A stretch of 10,814 bases of DNA from positions 1-10,814 of the forward strand of contig JAYUEN010000440.1 in assembly GCA_043739185.1 (NCBI GenBank). Reading direction: 5' to 3'. Numbering within the stretch: the first letter of the stretch is position 1; each line of letters starts with the position of its first letter. A program made the position numbers and the translations under genes. This document shows positions 7,358-10,814 of the stretch, one piece after another. The notes beneath the pieces are model-generated. The model had not been told where the DNA came from. It searched no databases and was given only the letters and a program-made list of their open reading frames with translations. Source of the stretch: Bdellovibrionales bacterium (GTDB taxonomy: Bacteria > Bdellovibrionota > Bdellovibrionia > Bdellovibrionales > JAMPXM01).

Positions 7358-7389
7358 TCAGAATACGTTCTGAATACAAGTCAGTATAC
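7358..7389. repeat. Three phased imperfect direct repeats (TCWGWATAC) with an embedded inverted repeat; candidate operator
   Basis: TCAGAATAC 7358-7366, TCTGAATAC 7369-7377 and TCAGTATAC 7381-7389 (periods 11 and 12). TCAGAA-N4-TTCTGA palindrome at 7358-7373. Confidence 0.45.
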
Positions 7390-7497
7390 GCGTTACAAGC
7401 TAGCCCATTAGACTGTAATAATTAAAAAACACCAATAAAAACAAATTAATATCCACAATTATACGGTCTTATGGCCCAGTTTGATTTGATTTATTGC

Positions 7498-9024
7498 TTA
7501 AAGTCCAAGCGCCGCTTCAACCCGCTTGAGGCGCTTTTCTAAATCTGATTTTGAAATTCCGTTGCGGCTCTTATCATTCTCATCCCTTAGTCCCTTTAAT
7601 TTACTTTGGAGAGATTTTAACCCGTAGACCACCCAACTTTTATCATCGGCGCTGAGATTTTCTAGGCTTAGGAGGGCAACAAAATTCAATATCACCTTTT
7701 CCGAAGGGTACTCAGTCGCCATTTGTCCAAGCTCGGGAAGTAGTCCTTCGAAGTGGCGGCTCGCTAAAATTTTTAAAAGAAGTGATTCACAGATTGGACT
7801 CTTAGCCCCTCTAAGCATTGACAAAGCACGATTGCGCACCACTTTCGGCTGCGTTGGCTCCAAGGCAAACACGCTTAATCGCTCGTCAATTTTTTCACCA
7901 TAAAATTCATAAAGCTGAGATATGTTCAAGAATCTCTCTATGGAATAGCGAGATGCCTGGTTTTGCTCTGACTCGACAAACTTTTTCTCAGAGTCGATTT
8001 GAAAGGCGTTTTCAAAACTATGATTGATTTCAGCTTCGACTTCTTTCGGATCACGAACAGTATATCTCAGCCACTCTTCAAAGGCCCCCCGATTTGCAGC
8101 CAAAGGATCTGAGTCATTGAATTCTTTTTTATTCACAAAAAGTATGTGAATCGTCATTGAACCTTTTGACGCTGAAGATCTTCGCCCAAAATCATCAAAT
8201 AGAGGTCCGTATGGATTGAACAGCGATCGCGCAAAGTTTGACTCTGTTTTTGATTTGAATTCTTTACCCAGTTTACTTTCGAGAGAGACCAGGCTCTTTT
8301 CATCAAGCCATACGAGCCTCTTTTTAAAGAGCATTTCGATACCACTTGCCAGTCGCTTTTCAACTTCATCAAATTGCTTTTGCATTTGGGCTTTCAAAAC
8401 ATTCAATGATTGAGCTCTTACCCAAAGCGGAGTCGATAATGCAATTGAAAACTTGGGATAGTAGAGTGCGAGTATCAAGCCCTCAACAATTTCATCTTGT
8501 GGTACCGGAACGGACCTCACTTCACTAGTGTTTGCCGCCTGCAGATCGTTTTGTATGTTTTCATACTTTAGCGCATTTAGTTTTTTAATAAGAATTTCAG
8601 CCTGACTTTGTTCAAGGGCCCGGCTGACGTTTAGCGTAATATTGGTGTCGCCCATGTCACCACTAAAATGAATGCTTATATGTTTTGTTTGACTCGCTTT
8701 TACTATTGCTTCCGGAGTTTCACAGCCTTTTTCATCATTTGGTATCGACAAGTCGAAAGAAACAATCGGAACACCCGCAGCTTTGACTTCATCAATCACT
8801 GACTTAAAGCGCGAAAATGAAAACGCCAAAAAAGAATGAAAGCCTCTTTTTTTGTTATCCCAATAACTTTCATAGTCTTCAGAACGGAGAATTTTCCGCG
8901 AAGATTCAGAAAAACTGTAGCGAAAATCTGGATCCAAATAAGAAAACCCCGCATGACCACTCACCCAAGCCTCACTTGCAAAGAGTATACAGAAACCAAA
9001 GACTAAAACTTTCATTGTGCCCAT
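7498..9024 (-). CDS. Hypothetical exported protein with a C-terminal helical (HEAT-like) region; start likely ATG 9024 or 9015 rather than TTG 9063
   Basis: 1.5-kb open frame. MKVLVFGFCILFASEAWVSG is signal-peptide-like. The C-terminal segments VVRNRALSMLRGAKSPICESLLLKILAS and KSWVVYGLKSL resemble HEAT helices. Confidence 0.7.
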   Translation of the reverse strand: MGTMKVLVFGFCILFASEAWVSGHAGFSYLDPDFRYSFSESSRKILRSEDYESYWDNKKRGFHSFLAFSFSRFKSVIDEVKAAGVPIVSFDLSIPNDEKGCETPEAIVKASQTKHISIHFSGDMGDTNITLNVSRALEQSQAEILIKKLNALKYENIQNDLQAANTSEVRSVPVPQDEIVEGLILALYYPKFSIALSTPLWVRAQSLNVLKAQMQKQFDEVEKRLASGIEMLFKKRLVWLDEKSLVSLESKLGKEFKSKTESNFARSLFNPYGPLFDDFGRRSSASKGSMTIHILFVNKKEFNDSDPLAANRGAFEEWLRYTVRDPKEVEAEINHSFENAFQIDSEKKFVESEQNQASRYSIERFLNISQLYEFYGEKIDERLSVFALEPTQPKVVRNRALSMLRGAKSPICESLLLKILASRHFEGLLPELGQMATEYPSEKVILNFVALLSLENLSADDKSWVVYGLKSLQSKLKGLRDENDKSRNGISKSDLEKRLKRVEAALGL

Positions 9025-9074
9025 ATGATTTTTATTGTGAGCGGAATGAATTCGATGATTCAAGCTTTATTGTG

Positions 9075-9114
9075 AAAATAAAAAATCCGAGAAAGCAACT
9101 GCCTCCTCGGATTT
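9075..9114 (-). terminator. Rho-independent terminator of ald
   Basis: Minus-strand hairpin AATCCGAGGAGGC-AGTT-GCTTTCTCGGATT (13-bp stem with two G-U pairs) followed by TTTTATTTT, 28 nt past the ald stop. Confidence 0.85.
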
Positions 9115-9142
9115 GAATGTAATCCTAAATAATTTAAAAAAA

Positions 9143-10249
9143 CTAATTTTTAAAAGCTTTGTATTCCATTTTTAGATCACGAGCGACCGGCTCATAAGAT
9201 ACATAGCCTTTATAAACATTAAGTCCTTTGTAAAGGGCCTTGTCTTTTGTGATCGCATCTTCAACACCCATTTGTGCAAGCATCGAAGCGTATTTAAAAG
9301 TGGCATTGGTTAAAGCATAAGTTGAAGTACGCGCTACTACACCTGGCATATTGGGCACACAATAGTGAATAACACCGTTCACTTCGTATGTAGGATGCGT
9401 ATGACTTGTTGGTTTGCAAGTTTCAATGCAACCGCCCTGGTCAACAGCGACATCGACAACAACACTTCCTGGGCTCATTTGTTCGATCATAGCTTTTGTA
9501 ACCAGAACCGGAGCTTTGTGGCCAGTCACAAGAACACCACCAACCACTAGATCAGACTCTTTTACTGAAAGCTCAATATTTTGAGAGTTTGAAAACAAGG
9601 TATGAATGCGACCTTGAAAAACATCATCTAAATATTCAAGTCGAGCCATATTAACATCTAAAATTGTAACATCGGCACCGAGGCCCACAGCCATTTTGGC
9701 AGCATTTATACCGACCACTCCACCACCAATAATTGTGACCTTGCCGCGTTTAACACCGGTCACTCCGCCAAGAAGAATACCTTTGCCGCCGTGATCTTTT
9801 TGCAAATAAAAAGCACCCACTTGAGTCGCCATTCGACCAGCAACTTCACTCATTGGAGTTAAGAGTGGAAGACTTCCGTCTTCTTTTTGTATGGTTTCGT
9901 AAGCAACGGCTTTTACTTTACGATCACATAATACCTTTGTCAGTTTTGGCTCAGCTGCTAAATGCAAATAGGTATAGAGAATAAGATTTTCTTTTAACAA
10001 TTCATACTCATCAGCCAAGGGCTCTTTTACTTTTACAATCATTTCTGCTTTTGCGTAAATTTCTTTTGCTGTATCTAAAATCTTTGCTCCAGCCGCCAAA
10101 TAATTTTCATTTGTAATTCGACTGCCAACACCGGCATCTTTTTGAACATAAACTTGATGACCCTCGTGCACGAGCTGCTTCACCCCTGCCTCTGTCATTC
10201 CAACGCGATTTTCGCTAATTTTGATTTCCTTCGGCACACCTATGATCAT
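9143..10249 (-). CDS. ald: Alanine dehydrogenase, 368 aa
   Basis: [38 protein letters not shown]-binding [15 protein letters not shown] and [18 protein letters not shown] at 10260-10255. Confidence 0.97.
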   Translation of the reverse strand: MIIGVPKEIKISENRVGMTEAGVKQLVHEGHQVYVQKDAGVGSRITNENYLAAGAKILDTAKEIYAKAEMIVKVKEPLADEYELLKENLILYTYLHLAAEPKLTKVLCDRKVKAVAYETIQKEDGSLPLLTPMSEVAGRMATQVGAFYLQKDHGGKGILLGGVTGVKRGKVTIIGGGVVGINAAKMAVGLGADVTILDVNMARLEYLDDVFQGRIHTLFSNSQNIELSVKESDLVVGGVLVTGHKAPVLVTKAMIEQMSPGSVVVDVAVDQGGCIETCKPTSHTHPTYEVNGVIHYCVPNMPGVVARTSTYALTNATFKYASMLAQMGVEDAITKDKALYKGLNVYKGYVSYEPVARDLKMEYKAFKN

Positions 10250-10289
10250 GAAAGCTCCCTAGCAATAGTTAATTTTTAAGAAAGAAGAG

Positions 10290-10317
10290 ATCTTAGCGGG
10301 GCTTTTTAAAAACTCAA
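10290..10317 (-). promoter_or_regulatory. Candidate sigma-70 promoter for ald
   Basis: Minus-strand TTGAGT-16 nt-TAAGAT, about 40 nt upstream of the ald ATG. Confidence 0.35.
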
Positions 10318-10383
10318 GTATTGAATATCAAAGAATGTCATTTTTACTATGAATTGAGATAACGCGGGGCCATTACTTAGCGC

Positions 10384-10814
10384 TCAGTTTGCAGATATTT
10401 TCATCATAGCGGCTCTGGCGTCAAAATCGCCACCCAGCTCAACATTGCGAATAGAATCAGGCGAATTTTGGATTTTTCGAACCAATTTATTCATAACATC
10501 ATGGCCAGCTTTATAGAGCACCAAATGTCCCATAAGTGGAACACCCAAAGTCGCCAAATCCCCAAGTGCATCAAGTGCTTTATGTCTTACAAACTCATCG
10601 GCATAGCGAAGGCCTTCAGGATTGAGCACTTCACGATTGTCTAAGACCACTGCATTCTCAAGGCTTCCGCCCAAGGCAAGGCCTCGCTCACGCATCATTT
10701 CGACATCTTTCAAAAAGCCAAAGGTTCGAGCCCGCGCCAAATCCCTGGCAAATGAATTTTCATTGATATCTATGTCAATTTTTTGCTTTCCTATTTTTGG
10801 GTGAGGAAATTCGA
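10384..10814 (-). CDS. lpxC: UDP-3-O-acyl-N-acetylglucosamine deacetylase, 3' part (5' end lies outside the window)
   Basis: The frame is open to the window edge (EFPHPKIGKQ...FARDLARARTFGF). It contains GLALGGSLENAVV, LRYADEFVRHKALDALGDL (Zn-binding HKxLD) and KAGH (catalytic His). Confidence 0.96.
   Translation of the reverse strand, partial: EFPHPKIGKQKIDIDINENSFARDLARARTFGFLKDVEMMRERGLALGGSLENAVVLDNREVLNPEGLRYADEFVRHKALDALGDLATLGVPLMGHLVLYKAGHDVMNKLVRKIQNSPDSIRNVELGGDFDARAAMMKISAN

Noticed and set aside
125..7413. Recurrent GTCTAA/GTCTCA/GTCAGA-like hexamers in intergenic DNA (for example near 125, 200, 3291, 3510, 7408)
   Set aside because: They are too short and degenerate to separate from background without a genome-wide motif count.
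9025..9063. TTG 9063 as start of the 521-aa ORF
   Set aside because: It lies only about 12 nt past the terminator U-tract and has no RBS. A signal-peptide-like N-terminus appears only from ATG 9024 or 9015.
7490..9072. TTTATTG at both sides of the orphan gene as a target-site duplication
   Set aside because: It is a 7-bp AT-rich match with no transposase or terminal inverted repeats.
7818..9550. ORFs 7818-8027, 8154-8372, 8216-8413, 8346-8528, 8817-9116 and 9365-9550
   Set aside because: They are shadows of the long orphan ORF or of ald.
10622..10804. 60-aa plus-strand ORF, and TTG 10740 as the lpxC start
   Set aside because: The ORF is antisense to lpxC. The lpxC frame is open beyond the window, so 10740 is an internal codon.

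Overview
A 10.8-kb bacterial chromosomal window. Its gene content (TIGR02147/DUF4423 paralogue, split ComEC, several secreted orphan proteins) suggests Bdellovibrionota or a relative, which is an inference. From left to right it holds an outer-membrane beta-barrel gene (+) and a minus-strand operon of a CpoB/YbgF-like TPR lipoprotein and a TsaP-like LysM protein. After a 405-bp divergent intergenic region come two same-frame ORFs that together make up ComEC (membrane domain, one TAA, then metallo-beta-lactamase domain). Next is a tightly overlapping minus-strand three-gene cassette (two secreted hypotheticals plus TIGR02147) preceded by phased repeats and palindromes. The window ends with an orphan ~505-520 aa exported protein, alanine dehydrogenase (ald) with an intrinsic terminator, and the 3' end of lpxC. 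I found no CRISPR array, tRNA, rRNA or transposase. The best candidates for undescribed biology are the two-piece, motif-degenerate ComEC in a DNA-uptake-like locus and the TIGR02147 cassette with a candidate operator. All family assignments come from motif recognition by eye, not database searches.
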